DNA of 64,000 nucleotides from contig JAWCKR010000003.1 in assembly GCA_038851755.1 (NCBI GenBank), positions 32,001 to 96,000 of the forward strand, written 5' to 3'. This stretch comes from Candidatus Hadarchaeales archaeon. Lineage in GTDB: Archaea; Hadarchaeota; Hadarchaeia; Hadarchaeales; WYZ-LMO6. Position numbers and translations under genes: made by a program. Position 1 is the stretch's first letter; every line of letters starts with the position of its first letter. Below the pieces are notes generated by a model that saw only the letters and a program-made list of their open reading frames with translations, was not told where the DNA came from and searched no databases. This document shows, one piece after another, positions 54,759-64,000 of the stretch.

Positions 54759-55997
54759 CTAAAGAAGGGAGAGGAAGACCCAGTATACGAGGAGGTTGAC
54801 GAGGGTGAGGGGCACCCCCACCCTGACGAACTCCCAGAACCTCAGGGTCTCCCCCCGTTTTTCCGCGTTCTGGATGATGATGACGTTGCTGGCAGCTCCC
54901 AGGATGGAGAGGTTCCCGGCGATGGTGCTCCCCGCTGCCAGGGTCACGAGCTCACGGGTAGAGGCTCCAGCATGTTTCAGCATGGGCAGGTAGAGGGCGA
55001 CCAGGGGAACGTTGGAAAGGAGCTGGCTTAGGAGGACGCTCACGGTGAGGATGGCGGGAAGGGAGAGGGGGTTGAAGACCCCTTCCTCGAGTTTCGACTG
55101 GAAGAAGCCCGTGTCCCAGACGCTCCTCATCAGCACGAACATGGAGGCGAAGAAAACCAGCGTGTGCCAGTCCACCCCGCGGAGGACCCTCCTTCTCTGG
55201 GGACCCAGGGAGAGGACGAAGAGAGCGGGAACCAGGGCGATGTAGGTGAGCCTGAAGTCCAGGGAGGGAACAAGCGAGACCAGCACCACCTTCGCCACCA
55301 CCATCGCCCCCAAGAGGAGGAGGGAGATCTTGGAGGTCCTGGCGAGCTTCGGGTCCCTTATCGGGTCCCTCGAGTGGGTGAGGGGGAAGGAGTGAAACTC
55401 CCTCCTGTAGAAGAGCTTCAGCAGGAGGTAGGCCAGGAAGAGGTTCAGGGCGGTGGGGAGGAGGAGGTACCTGGAAAAAGTGAGAAAAGGTCTTGGTACC
55501 TCGCCCCTCACGGCTATCAGGAGATTCTGCGGGTTCCCTATGGGACTCGTCACGCTGCCTATGGTGACGGCGAAGGCCAGGGCGAGGAGCATAAGCCTTG
55601 GGGAAATTCTGTGCTGGCGGGCGAGGAGCAGGACCACCGGCGTTCCGATGATGGCGAGGGTGTCGTTCATGAGGAAGGCCGAAAGGAACCCCACGCCGAA
55701 AAGGATCAGCAGGATGAGGGAGTCCACCGATCTGGTCCTTGCGAACATCCTGTAGGAGAGATGGGAGAGGTATCCGCTCTCCTCCAGTGCCCCCCCAACC
55801 AAGAACATGCCGAAGAGGAAGAGCATCACGTCCGGGTCTATGGAGTGCAGGGCATCTGCCGGCGGAATCTGTCCGGTGAGCAGGACGGCCAGGGCCCCCA
55901 AAGACATGATTTGCCAGATCTGGAACCTGAGGTTCCCCACCTGCCTCACCGCCACGAGCAGGAAGACGGCCGCCAGCACCGCCAGGGGGATGACCAT
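54759..55997 (-). CDS. ArsB/NhaD/SLC13-type anion permease
   Basis: SAFL.ND, IGS..SPIGNPQN, LSNVP, ST.AGN....G.ASN. Confidence 0.88.
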   Translation of the reverse strand: MVIPLAVLAAVFLLVAVRQVGNLRFQIWQIMSLGALAVLLTGQIPPADALHSIDPDVMLFLFGMFLVGGALEESGYLSHLSYRMFARTRSVDSLILLILFGVGFLSAFLMNDTLAIIGTPVVLLLARQHRISPRLMLLALAFAVTIGSVTSPIGNPQNLLIAVRGEVPRPFLTFSRYLLLPTALNLFLAYLLLKLFYRREFHSFPLTHSRDPIRDPKLARTSKISLLLLGAMVVAKVVLVSLVPSLDFRLTYIALVPALFVLSLGPQRRRVLRGVDWHTLVFFASMFVLMRSVWDTGFFQSKLEEGVFNPLSLPAILTVSVLLSQLLSNVPLVALYLPMLKHAGASTRELVTLAAGSTIAGNLSILGAASNVIIIQNAEKRGETLRFWEFVRVGVPLTLVNLLVYWVFLSLL

Positions 55998-56109
55998 GTT
56001 CCACTCCCTCCTCTTCCGAAGAGTTGAGGGATGGCTGGGGAAGTTAAGAACTTTCGGTCGGGGAGAGCGGAACTGGCCCTGCCGGAGGTTACAACCCCTG
56101 CGTTAGAAA

Positions 56110-56117
56110 TTTTTAAA
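56110..56117 (+). promoter_or_regulatory. Putative TATA box for the surface protein gene
   Basis: TTTTTAAA preceded by GAAA, about 30 nt upstream of TTG 56148. Confidence 0.45.
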
Positions 56118-56147
56118 AAGGGGGAAAAGAAAGGCGGCGGTAATCGA

Positions 56148-59100
56148 TTGAGCAGAAGACGGGGCAATACCTGGTTTATCTTCCTGGTGATCTTGGGCAG
56201 CCTGTTCCTGCCCCTACTGTTTCTTTCTGCTGAGGTTTCAGCATCGCCAGGAGAGAGCCACGCCCCGATTTGCATACTGGGCGATAGTGGCTTCACGCTC
56301 GAGAATGGTGTGAACGGGGGAGGATCGGGCACGGAGGATGACCCTTACATCATCGAGAACTGGGTCATCAGTGCTGCTTCCGAGAACGGGATTACCATCA
56401 AGAACACCACGAAGTACTTCATCATCAGGAACTGCCTGGTGGAGAACGGTGGTTCGAACTTCCGGGGAATTTACCTTCAGAACGTGAGAAACGGAAGGGT
56501 AGAGAACTGCAGAGTTGAGAACCACTACTACAGCATCCGTCTCGACTCCTCCAAGAACTGTGTCCTCTCAGGCAACATCGTGGAGAACAGTTTTTACGGT
56601 ATCTACCTCACCTCTTCCGACAACAACACCCTCTCCAACAACCTGGTGGAGAACAGCGCGTACGGTATCTACCTCTACAACAACTCCGACAACAGCCTTC
56701 TCTGCGGTAACACGGTGGAGAATACCAGTCATGGCATCGTCATCAGCTCCTCCAAAAACTGCACCCTTTCCGGCAACCTCGTGGAAAACAACTCCCGTGG
56801 CATCAGCCTATCTTTGTATACGGATAATAACTTCCTCCTCGGCAACACTGCGGAGAATAACACTTATGGCATATACCTCTATTCTTATTGCGACAACAAC
56901 CTCATCTCCGGCAACATCTTGAAAAACAACTCGTGGGGGATTCACTTGGAACCCAACAGCACCACCAACCTCATCTCCAACAACACCTTGGAGAACAACT
57001 CGTATGGGATTCGCTTGTACTCTTCCACCAACAACAACCTCATCTCCGGCAACACCGTGGAGAACAGCAAGGATTATGGTATCTACCTCTACAACAACTC
57101 CGAGAAAAACACCCTCTCCAATAACACGCTAAACAGGAACTACTATGGCATCTACTTATGCCCCAGCTCCAAAGCCAACATCGTTTCCAACAATACCATC
57201 GACAACAGCACCAACAGTGGTATTTACCTAGATGACTCCGACAACAATACCCTCTCCAACAACCTCGTGAGGAGGAGTTCTTACGGCATTTATCTCAAAA
57301 ACTCTTCTGACAACAATACCCTCTCAAACAACACCTTGGAGAATAACTCGTATGGGATTTACTTGCACTCCTACAACACCGCCAACCTCATCTCCGGCAA
57401 CACCTTGGAGAACAACTCGTATTATGGTATCTACCTCTATCTCAGCACCACCAACCTCATCTCCGGCAACACCTTGGAGAACAACTCGTATGGTGTCTGC
57501 CTACAATCCTCCCATAACAACACCCTCTCCGGCAATCTAGTGAAAAGAAAATTCCCAGCGAGTGATAAAACAGGCATCTATCTCTACTTCTCCGACAACA
57601 ACCTCATTTCAGGAAACACAGTGGAGAATAATTCGCGTGGTATAGGGATAGAAACTTATTCCGATAACAACACTCTCTCAGGCAACTTGGTGAAGAACAG
57701 TTCAGGCTCTGGTATTCATCTCATTGGCGGCGAAAACAACACCCTCTCGAACAACACCGTGGAGAACACAGGCGAAGAATCTTACCAAGCAGGTATTCTT
57801 CTCTGGAACACCAAAAACAACACCCTCTCGAACAACACCGTGGAGAACAGCTTTTATGGTATTCGTCTCTTCTCCGATGCCGATAACAACACCCTCTCGA
57901 ACAACACCGTGGAGAACAGCACGTACGGTATCTACCTCGAAGGTTCCGACAACAACACCCTCTTGAACAACACCAGTAAAAACAACAGCACCTGCAGCTT
58001 CTACCTCAAGAATTCCTACAACAACACCCTCATGGCTAACGTGTACGACAGCTCTTACGGAATTCCACGTGTTGAGAACGTGAGCCATTTTGGTATCACC
58101 GAGAACTCCGCCTGGGTGGCCTGGTCCACGGCAGAGAACTCCACAAGCACCGTGGAGTACGGTATTACCCCTGAGTACGGCTCCACCGTGTGCGTGGCGG
58201 AGATGGTCAAGAACCACTCCGTCCCTCTTCAGGGTCTATCCCCAGCCACCACCTATCACTACCGGGTGGCTTCCAAGAACGGCGACAACAATACGGAGAT
58301 TTCGGGAGATTTCACCTTCACCACACATGTGGGGTGGATGGCCTCGGAGGGATGGCTGGGAGGGGGCTGGACGGCGTCCGCCTATGAGATCTCGGAGTCC
58401 TGGTGTCTAGAGGCTTATGCCCCCTCGGTCTGGTTCGTGACGGAAGGGTGGATTCTCTTTCCGGCCGGGAGGGCTGAGTGGTTTGAGCTGGGAGAATGGA
58501 CGGGAGGGGCATCCTCGCCCACCCCACCATCCCCACCTCCGGCGATGCCCACCCCCGCTGCCACCTTCATCTCGATTTACCCTTCAGCCTTTACCCTAGT
58601 TTCAGGGGATTTCCTCACCCTCACGGCCGTCCTCGTGGACCAGGACAACCTCCCCCTGGCCGACAAGGTGGTGGAGTGGAGCGCAACCTTCGGGACCCTC
58701 ACCCCCTCCCCGAGCAAAACCGACGCTTCGGGCAGGGCGAGCGCCGTTTTCAAGGCTCCAGAAGCCGAGAGCAGGTTAGATGTGACGGTCTTCATCCGCT
58801 TCCCCGGTGACGACCAGCACCAGCCCTCCGAGGCGCAGGCTGGCGGTCAAGTCCTTCCAAAGGCCCTGGGGGGGGCCCTGGAAAGGCTGGAGAATCTCAG
58901 GGTTCAACTCGACTTGGTAGAGCCCGTCCCTACTGAAGCCCTCGTGCGGGCGATCGAGGAGAACAGGCTGGTTCTGGTGGTGACGATCAGAGAGTCCCAG
59001 CCTCCTTCGGTCCCGGAGTACGGCTCGCCAGCCATAGGGAGCCGGGTGGTGGTGGGAGCCGCCGAGATAAAGGTCGAGATAGCTTCCCCCACTCCTGAGG

Positions 59101-59507
59101 GGAAATCGGTCTTGATCAATCTCGACAACCGGACGCTGGAAGGGCTGGGCTCGAAGGAAATGAGGATTTTTGTGGACCAAGTGGAGGCCCTCCCGGCGGA
59201 AGACTACGTCGATGTTCTGGATCCTACCAACGACGGCGACAGGTGTGAGTATCTCATTCTTCTTGGGACCAAAGGTGCGCAGGTCCTCGTGTCCATCCCG
59301 CACTTCTCCCTCAGGGTCATTTCCGTCAGGGCTTCGGTAGTCCCTTCAGTCCCACGCTCCCGCCACCTTCCACTTGCGATAGGCTTGGTAATCTTCGTCG
59401 TTCTCGCCCTCCTCCTGATCTTTTGCAAGAGACCCTCCAGGTTGAAAGCACGGGCCCGTCGGAAGAGGAGGTTGACTGGGAGAGGAAGGAGGGCACTCCC
59501 CCGATAA
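56148..59507 (+). CDS. Large membrane-anchored surface protein: NosD-like parallel beta-helix, FN3-like, Trp-rich repeat, Ig-like (Big) and C-terminal HFS-ending domain
   Basis: Signal peptide, HAPI.I and GSGT.DDPYIIENW, many GI.L..S.NN.LS.N repeats, L.P.TTYHYRV, TDASG.A, TM helix plus basic tail; start TTG 56148 inferred. Confidence 0.85.
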   Translation: MSRRRGNTWFIFLVILGSLFLPLLFLSAEVSASPGESHAPICILGDSGFTLENGVNGGGSGTEDDPYIIENWVISAASENGITIKNTTKYFIIRNCLVENGGSNFRGIYLQNVRNGRVENCRVENHYYSIRLDSSKNCVLSGNIVENSFYGIYLTSSDNNTLSNNLVENSAYGIYLYNNSDNSLLCGNTVENTSHGIVISSSKNCTLSGNLVENNSRGISLSLYTDNNFLLGNTAENNTYGIYLYSYCDNNLISGNILKNNSWGIHLEPNSTTNLISNNTLENNSYGIRLYSSTNNNLISGNTVENSKDYGIYLYNNSEKNTLSNNTLNRNYYGIYLCPSSKANIVSNNTIDNSTNSGIYLDDSDNNTLSNNLVRRSSYGIYLKNSSDNNTLSNNTLENNSYGIYLHSYNTANLISGNTLENNSYYGIYLYLSTTNLISGNTLENNSYGVCLQSSHNNTLSGNLVKRKFPASDKTGIYLYFSDNNLISGNTVENNSRGIGIETYSDNNTLSGNLVKNSSGSGIHLIGGENNTLSNNTVENTGEESYQAGILLWNTKNNTLSNNTVENSFYGIRLFSDADNNTLSNNTVENSTYGIYLEGSDNNTLLNNTSKNNSTCSFYLKNSYNNTLMANVYDSSYGIPRVENVSHFGITENSAWVAWSTAENSTSTVEYGITPEYGSTVCVAEMVKNHSVPLQGLSPATTYHYRVASKNGDNNTEISGDFTFTTHVGWMASEGWLGGGWTASAYEISESWCLEAYAPSVWFVTEGWILFPAGRAEWFELGEWTGGASSPTPPSPPPAMPTPAATFISIYPSAFTLVSGDFLTLTAVLVDQDNLPLADKVVEWSATFGTLTPSPSKTDASGRASAVFKAPEAESRLDVTVFIRFPGDDQHQPSEAQAGGQVLPKALGGALERLENLRVQLDLVEPVPTEALVRAIEENRLVLVVTIRESQPPSVPEYGSPAIGSRVVVGAAEIKVEIASPTPEGKSVLINLDNRTLEGLGSKEMRIFVDQVEALPAEDYVDVLDPTNDGDRCEYLILLGTKGAQVLVSIPHFSLRVISVRASVVPSVPRSRHLPLAIGLVIFVVLALLLIFCKRPSRLKARARRKRRLTGRGRRALPR
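56480..58040 (+). repeat. Intragenic ~66-69 bp AAC-rich tandem repeats encoding beta-helix coils
   Basis: Exact 41-bp copies at 57382-57422 and 57451-57491; exact 34-bp copies at 57735, 57816 and 57885. Confidence 0.85.
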
Positions 59508-59525
59508 TTCATTCCACGAAGGTTG

Positions 59526-59600
59526 TGGAGCCGGGGGCCGGAATCGAACCGGCGTAAAGCGGGTCTGCAGCCCACCGCCTAACCACTAGGCTACCCCGGC
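59526..59600 (-). tRNA. tRNA-Cys(GCA), CCA encoded
   Basis: Reverse complement GCCGGGG...GTGGG-CTGCAGA-CCCGC...GGTTCGATTCC...CCCCGGCTCCA; U73 discriminator, G37. Confidence 0.95.
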
Positions 59601-59667
59601 TCAACCCCCTCCCCCTTCCCCGATAAATCCTTTTGGGAGCCTTTTTAGGTCCCCTCCCCCTTTCCAG

Positions 59668-59940
59668 GTGATGTACAGGGTGATCCTGGAGGTGAAGGAG
59701 GTGAGGGGCCTCTGCTCCGCCGGCTACAAGCCTGGGGACAGGCTGGTGATACAGGAGCCCTCCGTTCTATCGAAGGAGAGCGCGGATGTCTGCCTCTACA
59801 CCATAGGTGCCTTCCTGCCCTACCTGACCGCCCTCTACAGGGATACTCCTGACGAGGATTGGATAAACCAGGTCCAGGAACTCCAGTGCCCAGATGTTCG
59901 CAACACCGTGGTCTTCAGGGTGCTCAGGGAAAAGCTCTGA
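59668..59940 (+). CDS. TIGR04076-like small Cys protein
   Basis: V.EV.G.C..GYK.GD, C...., QCPD..N.VVF. Confidence 0.75.
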   Translation: MMYRVILEVKEVRGLCSAGYKPGDRLVIQEPSVLSKESADVCLYTIGAFLPYLTALYRDTPDEDWINQVQELQCPDVRNTVVFRVLREKL

Positions 59941-59984
59941 GTCCCAAAGGCTTTAAGGCGGGTGCTGGAAGTGGGACGAGCGAC

Positions 59985-60449
59985 ATGAGGAGAGCCAACC
60001 GCGGGATTCTCAACTCCAAGATCCTCCATGGTCTGAAGGTAAAGGAGGTGATGAACCGGAAGCCACCGACGGTGCCGCCCGAGGCTCCCCTGGAGGATCT
60101 CTTCGAGCGTTTGCTTACCCAGGCTGAGGACTTTCTCCTGGTGGTGGACGAGAGAAAGAGACTGCTGGGGGTGATCACGGAGAGCGATGTGCTTCAGGCC
60201 CTCCACCCCCATGTCCCTGGGACGGTGGTGGGTTCCCTGTGGAAGGAAACCAGAAAAACGGTGGCCAGGACTGCAGGGGAGATCATGACCGAGAACCCCG
60301 TCACGGCCACCCCGGACATGACCGTCCACCAGGCCCTCGACCTGATGCGGGCGCACAAGGTCCGCCGTCTGCCGGTGGTGGAGGGTCAGAGGCTGGTGGG
60401 GCAGCTCTCGGTGAAGAACATCCTGGAAATCCACAAGTTCGTGAGGTAG
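59985..60449 (+). CDS. CBS domain pair protein
   Basis: V.EVM, VVD....LLG.IT, IMT..P, LPVV....LVG. Confidence 0.9.
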   Translation: MRRANRGILNSKILHGLKVKEVMNRKPPTVPPEAPLEDLFERLLTQAEDFLLVVDERKRLLGVITESDVLQALHPHVPGTVVGSLWKETRKTVARTAGEIMTENPVTATPDMTVHQALDLMRAHKVRRLPVVEGQRLVGQLSVKNILEIHKFVR

Positions 60450-61706
60450 GTGCCTGACTTGGAGGCAGAGTTCTCCCGCTTGCTCCTCTACCTCTCACTC
60501 TGCCTCCTAGCGGCCAAGCTGGGGGGTCTCCTGGCCCTCAGGCTCAGGCAACCAAGTGTCTTTGGAGAGCTACTGGTGGGCATCCTCCTGGGCCCCTCCG
60601 TGGTGGGCTGGGTTTCGAGGGAGTTCTGGGGGAGTTGCTGGTGCCTGGACCCCCAGAGCCAGGCAGGGATTTTCATCCACTCGCTGGCGGAGATAGGGAT
60701 CATCACCCTCATGTTCCTCGCCGGTCTCTCCATAGACGTCGATGAACTCAGGAAAGCCGGGAGACCAGCCACCATCGTGGCGACGCTGGGGGTGTTGGTG
60801 GCGTTCCTCTTCGGCTTCTCACTGGCATCGGTCTACAAATGGTCCTGGAAGGAGGCGGCCTTCGCCGGTGGCATTCTGGTGGCCACGAGCGTGGGGCTGA
60901 CCGTGAGGTCCCTCCTCGATCTCCATCGCCTGAGCACGAGGGCGGGAATGGTCATCCTAGGGGCCGCAGTCATAGACGATGTTTTCGGCATCATCATCCT
61001 GAGCCTTCTGGTGGGCCTGGTCTACGGGGGAATCTCGGCTTTCGGGCTCTTCCAGTCCCTGGCCCTCATGGCCGCCTTTTTCATCCTCGTGCTGGTGGGG
61101 GGCATGAGAGTGGGGCCCAGAATCCTCGCCCGCGTGAGTCACTGGAGGGTGGAGGAGGCCACCCTCTCGGTGGGGATGGCACTGGCCCTGCTGGTGGCAG
61201 CTCTGGCGGAGACGGTGAACGTGGCAGCCATCACCGGGGCCTTCCTGGTGGGGCTTGTGCTTAGCCGATCCCCCGTGGCGGGATTCCTGAGGGATAGGGT
61301 CTCCACAGTAGGTTACGGTTTCCTCATCCCCCTCTTCTTCGTGGACACGGGGATTCAGACCGACCTGGGTGCCCTGCGGGGGCTGGGTCTGCTGGCTCTC
61401 CTGCTCTTTCTGGCGGTCTCCGTGGTGAGCAAGGTTGTGGGATGCGGGCTGGGAGGGTTGCTGGGAGGGCTGGGGAAGAGGGACTCCGTGAGGGTGGGAG
61501 TGGGAATGATACCCAGGGCGGAGGTGGCCCTCATCATCGCGGCCATTGGGGTGAGGGCGGGGGTGGTGGGGGGAGAGCTTTTTTCCCTCACGGTGCTGAT
61601 GGTGCTCTTCACCTCCCTCCTCACTCCCCCGCTTCTGAAGTGGGCCTTCTCGGAGGGGGAAGCTCCATCCGTTCGCAGGGGTTCTCGCAAGGTCGGTGGG
61701 GTTTGA
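60450..61706 (+). CDS. Cation:proton antiporter (CPA2, NapA-like)
   Basis: QP.V.GELL.GILLGP, ATSV, GAAVIDD, GAF..G, P.FF, PRAE. Confidence 0.9.
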   Translation: MPDLEAEFSRLLLYLSLCLLAAKLGGLLALRLRQPSVFGELLVGILLGPSVVGWVSREFWGSCWCLDPQSQAGIFIHSLAEIGIITLMFLAGLSIDVDELRKAGRPATIVATLGVLVAFLFGFSLASVYKWSWKEAAFAGGILVATSVGLTVRSLLDLHRLSTRAGMVILGAAVIDDVFGIIILSLLVGLVYGGISAFGLFQSLALMAAFFILVLVGGMRVGPRILARVSHWRVEEATLSVGMALALLVAALAETVNVAAITGAFLVGLVLSRSPVAGFLRDRVSTVGYGFLIPLFFVDTGIQTDLGALRGLGLLALLLFLAVSVVSKVVGCGLGGLLGGLGKRDSVRVGVGMIPRAEVALIIAAIGVRAGVVGGELFSLTVLMVLFTSLLTPPLLKWAFSEGEAPSVRRGSRKVGGV

Positions 61707-61713
61707 GAGGGTG

Positions 61714-61789
61714 TGGTGGGCCCGCTGGGATTCGAACCCAGGATCTGCGGTGTGTGAGACCGCCGTCATAGCCGCTAGACCACGGGCCC
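61714..61789 (-). tRNA. tRNA-Val(CAC), CCA encoded
   Basis: Reverse complement GGGCCCG...GCGGT-CTCACAC-ACCGC...GGTTCGAATCC...CGGGCCCACCA. Confidence 0.96.
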
Positions 61790-61887
61790 GTAGAACCTCA
61801 CTACTTATCCCATAAAGCGTTTATCCCACTTCTCCAAACCCACACCTCCACCGAAAGTTAAAATTTCTCCCCCTCTCAGGGAAACAC

Positions 61888-63750
61888 GTGGAGGAGTGGA
61901 AGAGGAAGTACCCAGAGAAGTTCCTGCCGGAGGAGGAAATTTTCAGGCAAATCCGCCGGGGGAGCCGAATCTTCGTGGGCACGGGGTGCGGGGAGCCCCA
62001 GCACCTTCTCTCCTCCTTCGTGAGGTGGGTGGAGGCCCACCCCAAGGCCCTTCCAGGGGCGGAGATCTTCCAGGTCTGGTCCTTGGGGGTCTCGGCCTAC
62101 ACCGAACCCAAGTTCAGGGACAACTTCAGGGCCAACTCCTTCTTCGTGGGGCCCAGCACTAGGAGGGCCGTGAACGAGGGAGAAGCGGACTATACCCCCG
62201 TCTTCCTCTCCAAGGTGCCTGAGCTCCTCAGGGAGGGCTTCATCCCCATGGATGTGGCTTTCGTGCAGGTCTCTCCACCCGACTTGCACGGGTATGTCAG
62301 TCTGGGTGTAAGCGTGGACATCACCAAAGCTGCCGTGGAGAGTGCGGAGCTGGTGGTGGCGCAGATCAACAGGTACATGCCCAGGGTTCACGGTGACGGT
62401 TTTTTCCACCTGGAGGAGGTGGATTTCTTGGTTCCCTGGGACGAGCCCCTCTTGGAGTACGAGGAGAGGGTGTCGGACGAGGCCTCCCAGAGGATAGGAA
62501 AGCACGTCTCGAGGCTGGTGGAGGATGGGGATACCATCCAGGTGGGCTACGGGAGCATCCCCAACGCCATCCTCTCCAACCTGGGGGACAAGAGGCACCT
62601 GGGGATTCACTCGGAGCTCTTCACGGATGGAATGGCGGAGCTGATGAAGAACGGGGTGGTAGACAACTCCAGGAAGAGGGTGGACCGGGGGAAGGCCGTG
62701 GCAAGCTTCTGCATGGGCAAAAGGTCAACCTACGACTTCCTGAACGACAACCCGACGGTGGAGTTCAGAACGGTGGACTACACCAACGACCCCCTCATCA
62801 TAGCCAGGCAGCATCACATGGTGGCCATAAACAGCGCCCTGGAGGTGGATCTCACGGGGCAGGCCACGGCTGAATCCCTGGGGGGCTTCTTCTACAGTGG
62901 GCTGGGTGGACAGGCCGACTTCATGAGGGGGGCGGCTTTGGCCAGGCACGGGAAGGCCGTTCTGGTACTCCAGTCCACGGCCCAGGATGGAAAGGTCTCA
63001 CGTATAGTACCACACCTGAAGGAGGGGGCGGGGGTGACCCTTAACAGAGGGGACGTGCAATACGTGGTCACCGAGTATGGCGTGGCCTACCTGCACGGGA
63101 AGAGCGTGAGGGAAAGGGCCATGGAGCTCATCCGCCTGGCACACCCCAGCTTCAGGCCCTGGCTCATCGAGGAAGCCAAGAAGCTGGGCTTGATCTTCAA
63201 GGACCAGACTTACATTCCTGGGGAGTACCCCGAGGAGCTGGAGACCACCAAGAGGACGAAAACGGGGCTCGAGATCTTCCTGCGCCCCGTGAAGCTCAGC
63301 GACGAGCCCCTCCTGAAGGAGTTCTTCTATTCCCTCTCCGACGAGAGCATGTACCGCAGGTTCATGTCCCCCCGCAAGGACATGCCTCACGAACACCTGC
63401 AGAAGTTCGTGGTCGTCGACTACATCAGGCAGATGATCCTCTTGGCCGTCCTGAGGAGGGAGGAGAGGGAGGAGGTGATAGGAATGGCCCAGTACGTGCT
63501 GGACGAGACCACCAACTTCGCGGAGGTGGCATTCGCCGTGAAGGACCAGTACCAGAACCAGGGGGTGGGGAGGGAACTGCTGAAGCAGCTCACCTACATA
63601 GCCAGGAGGCGCGGTATCTTCGGCTTCACGGCCCAGGTGTTGGCCACCAACCGCCCCATGCTCCGTCTCTTCAGCAGCATGAACGTTTCCACGGAGAAGA
63701 AGGTATCGGAAGGGGTGGTGGAGCTCAAGATGAGGTTCAGAAGGTCATGA
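61888..63750 (+). CDS. Acetyl-CoA hydrolase/transferase fused to a Pat-like GNAT acetyltransferase
   Basis: GCGEP, Q.G.G.IP, GIHSE catalytic Glu, GGQ.DF.RGA, VVTEYG; C-terminal LS.ES.Y.RF, AEVAF.V.D.YQ..G.G. Confidence 0.9.
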   Translation: MEEWKRKYPEKFLPEEEIFRQIRRGSRIFVGTGCGEPQHLLSSFVRWVEAHPKALPGAEIFQVWSLGVSAYTEPKFRDNFRANSFFVGPSTRRAVNEGEADYTPVFLSKVPELLREGFIPMDVAFVQVSPPDLHGYVSLGVSVDITKAAVESAELVVAQINRYMPRVHGDGFFHLEEVDFLVPWDEPLLEYEERVSDEASQRIGKHVSRLVEDGDTIQVGYGSIPNAILSNLGDKRHLGIHSELFTDGMAELMKNGVVDNSRKRVDRGKAVASFCMGKRSTYDFLNDNPTVEFRTVDYTNDPLIIARQHHMVAINSALEVDLTGQATAESLGGFFYSGLGGQADFMRGAALARHGKAVLVLQSTAQDGKVSRIVPHLKEGAGVTLNRGDVQYVVTEYGVAYLHGKSVRERAMELIRLAHPSFRPWLIEEAKKLGLIFKDQTYIPGEYPEELETTKRTKTGLEIFLRPVKLSDEPLLKEFFYSLSDESMYRRFMSPRKDMPHEHLQKFVVVDYIRQMILLAVLRREEREEVIGMAQYVLDETTNFAEVAFAVKDQYQNQGVGRELLKQLTYIARRRGIFGFTAQVLATNRPMLRLFSSMNVSTEKKVSEGVVELKMRFRRS

Positions 63751-63840
63751 GTTTGGGTTAGGGGTTCCTAAACGGATAGGTGAAACGTGGTGCATTTTTG
63801 AACCCCTTCGTGAGTTAGAAGGCTTCCTTGAGTCGCAATC

Positions 63841-63852
63841 TTTTTATATATA
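63841..63852 (+). promoter_or_regulatory. Putative TATA box
   Basis: TTTTTATATATA about 20-30 nt upstream of ATG 63873. Confidence 0.5.
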
Positions 63853-63872
63853 AGGGGGGAAACATCTGCTGG

Positions 63873-64000
63873 ATGGATACCAAGTGGGGGATAGGGATTC
63901 TCGCCATCCTTGGTGGTATCCTACTCTTGACAGGACCTTTTCTGAATTCCTTCACCACTACCGGCAAAATAGGCGCATTAGAAACGAAAGGGGAGATGAT
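63873..64000 (+). CDS. Hypothetical membrane protein, 5' part (runs off window)
   Basis: Hand-translated MDTKWGIGILAILGGILLLTGPFLNSF..., open to window end. Confidence 0.55.
   Translation, partial: MDTKWGIGILAILGGILLLTGPFLNSFTTTGKIGALETKGEM

Noticed and set aside
56480-58040. AAC-rich near-identical repeats resembling a DGR template/variable pair or a CRISPR array
   Set aside because: The repeats are in-frame coding units of a beta-helix. There is no reverse transcriptase or cas gene, no adenine-only mismatch pattern was evident, and there is no constant-repeat/unique-spacer structure.
63760-63807. 8-bp inverted repeat AGGGGTTC...GAACCCCT with a small inner hairpin
   Set aside because: Too short to distinguish from chance or a simple terminator/operator; no RNA family features recognised.

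Overview
A 64-kb stretch of a compact, GC-rich, probably thermophilic anaerobic archaeon. Gene content and a Trp-rich surface repeat are reminiscent of Hadarchaeota-like lineages, but taxonomy cannot be confirmed from the sequence alone. It opens with the 3' part of a bacterial-type Rnf operon (rnfD'GEAB), which meets tail-to-tail a gene fusing a Wzx/MOP-type flippase domain to an ApbE flavin transferase; this is the most unusual item. A housekeeping block follows: leuS, alaS, dys, rpl12/10/1/11, spt5, secE, ftsZ, dtdA, acs, sua5, rpl37e, Sm, sepF, aCPSF1, psmB, nob1, NAD kinase, aIF5A and sepS. There are four tRNAs: Val-GAC, Ala-GGC, Cys-GCA and Val-CAC. Two small AT-rich decayed islands are present: a truncated tyrosine integrase with DGC/metal-resistance remnants at tRNA-Ala, and a frameshifted HEPN-MNT pair with an AAA-ATPase remnant. 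A seven-gene redox operon links an FrhB-like protein, IorAB, a GlcD-like FAD oxidoreductase, HdrD/CCG proteins and a LutB-like protein. The window also holds several transporters, a large Asn-rich beta-helix surface protein and a CoA-transferase-GNAT fusion. No CRISPR array, rRNA or intact IS element was seen. All product calls come from motif recognition, not database searches.
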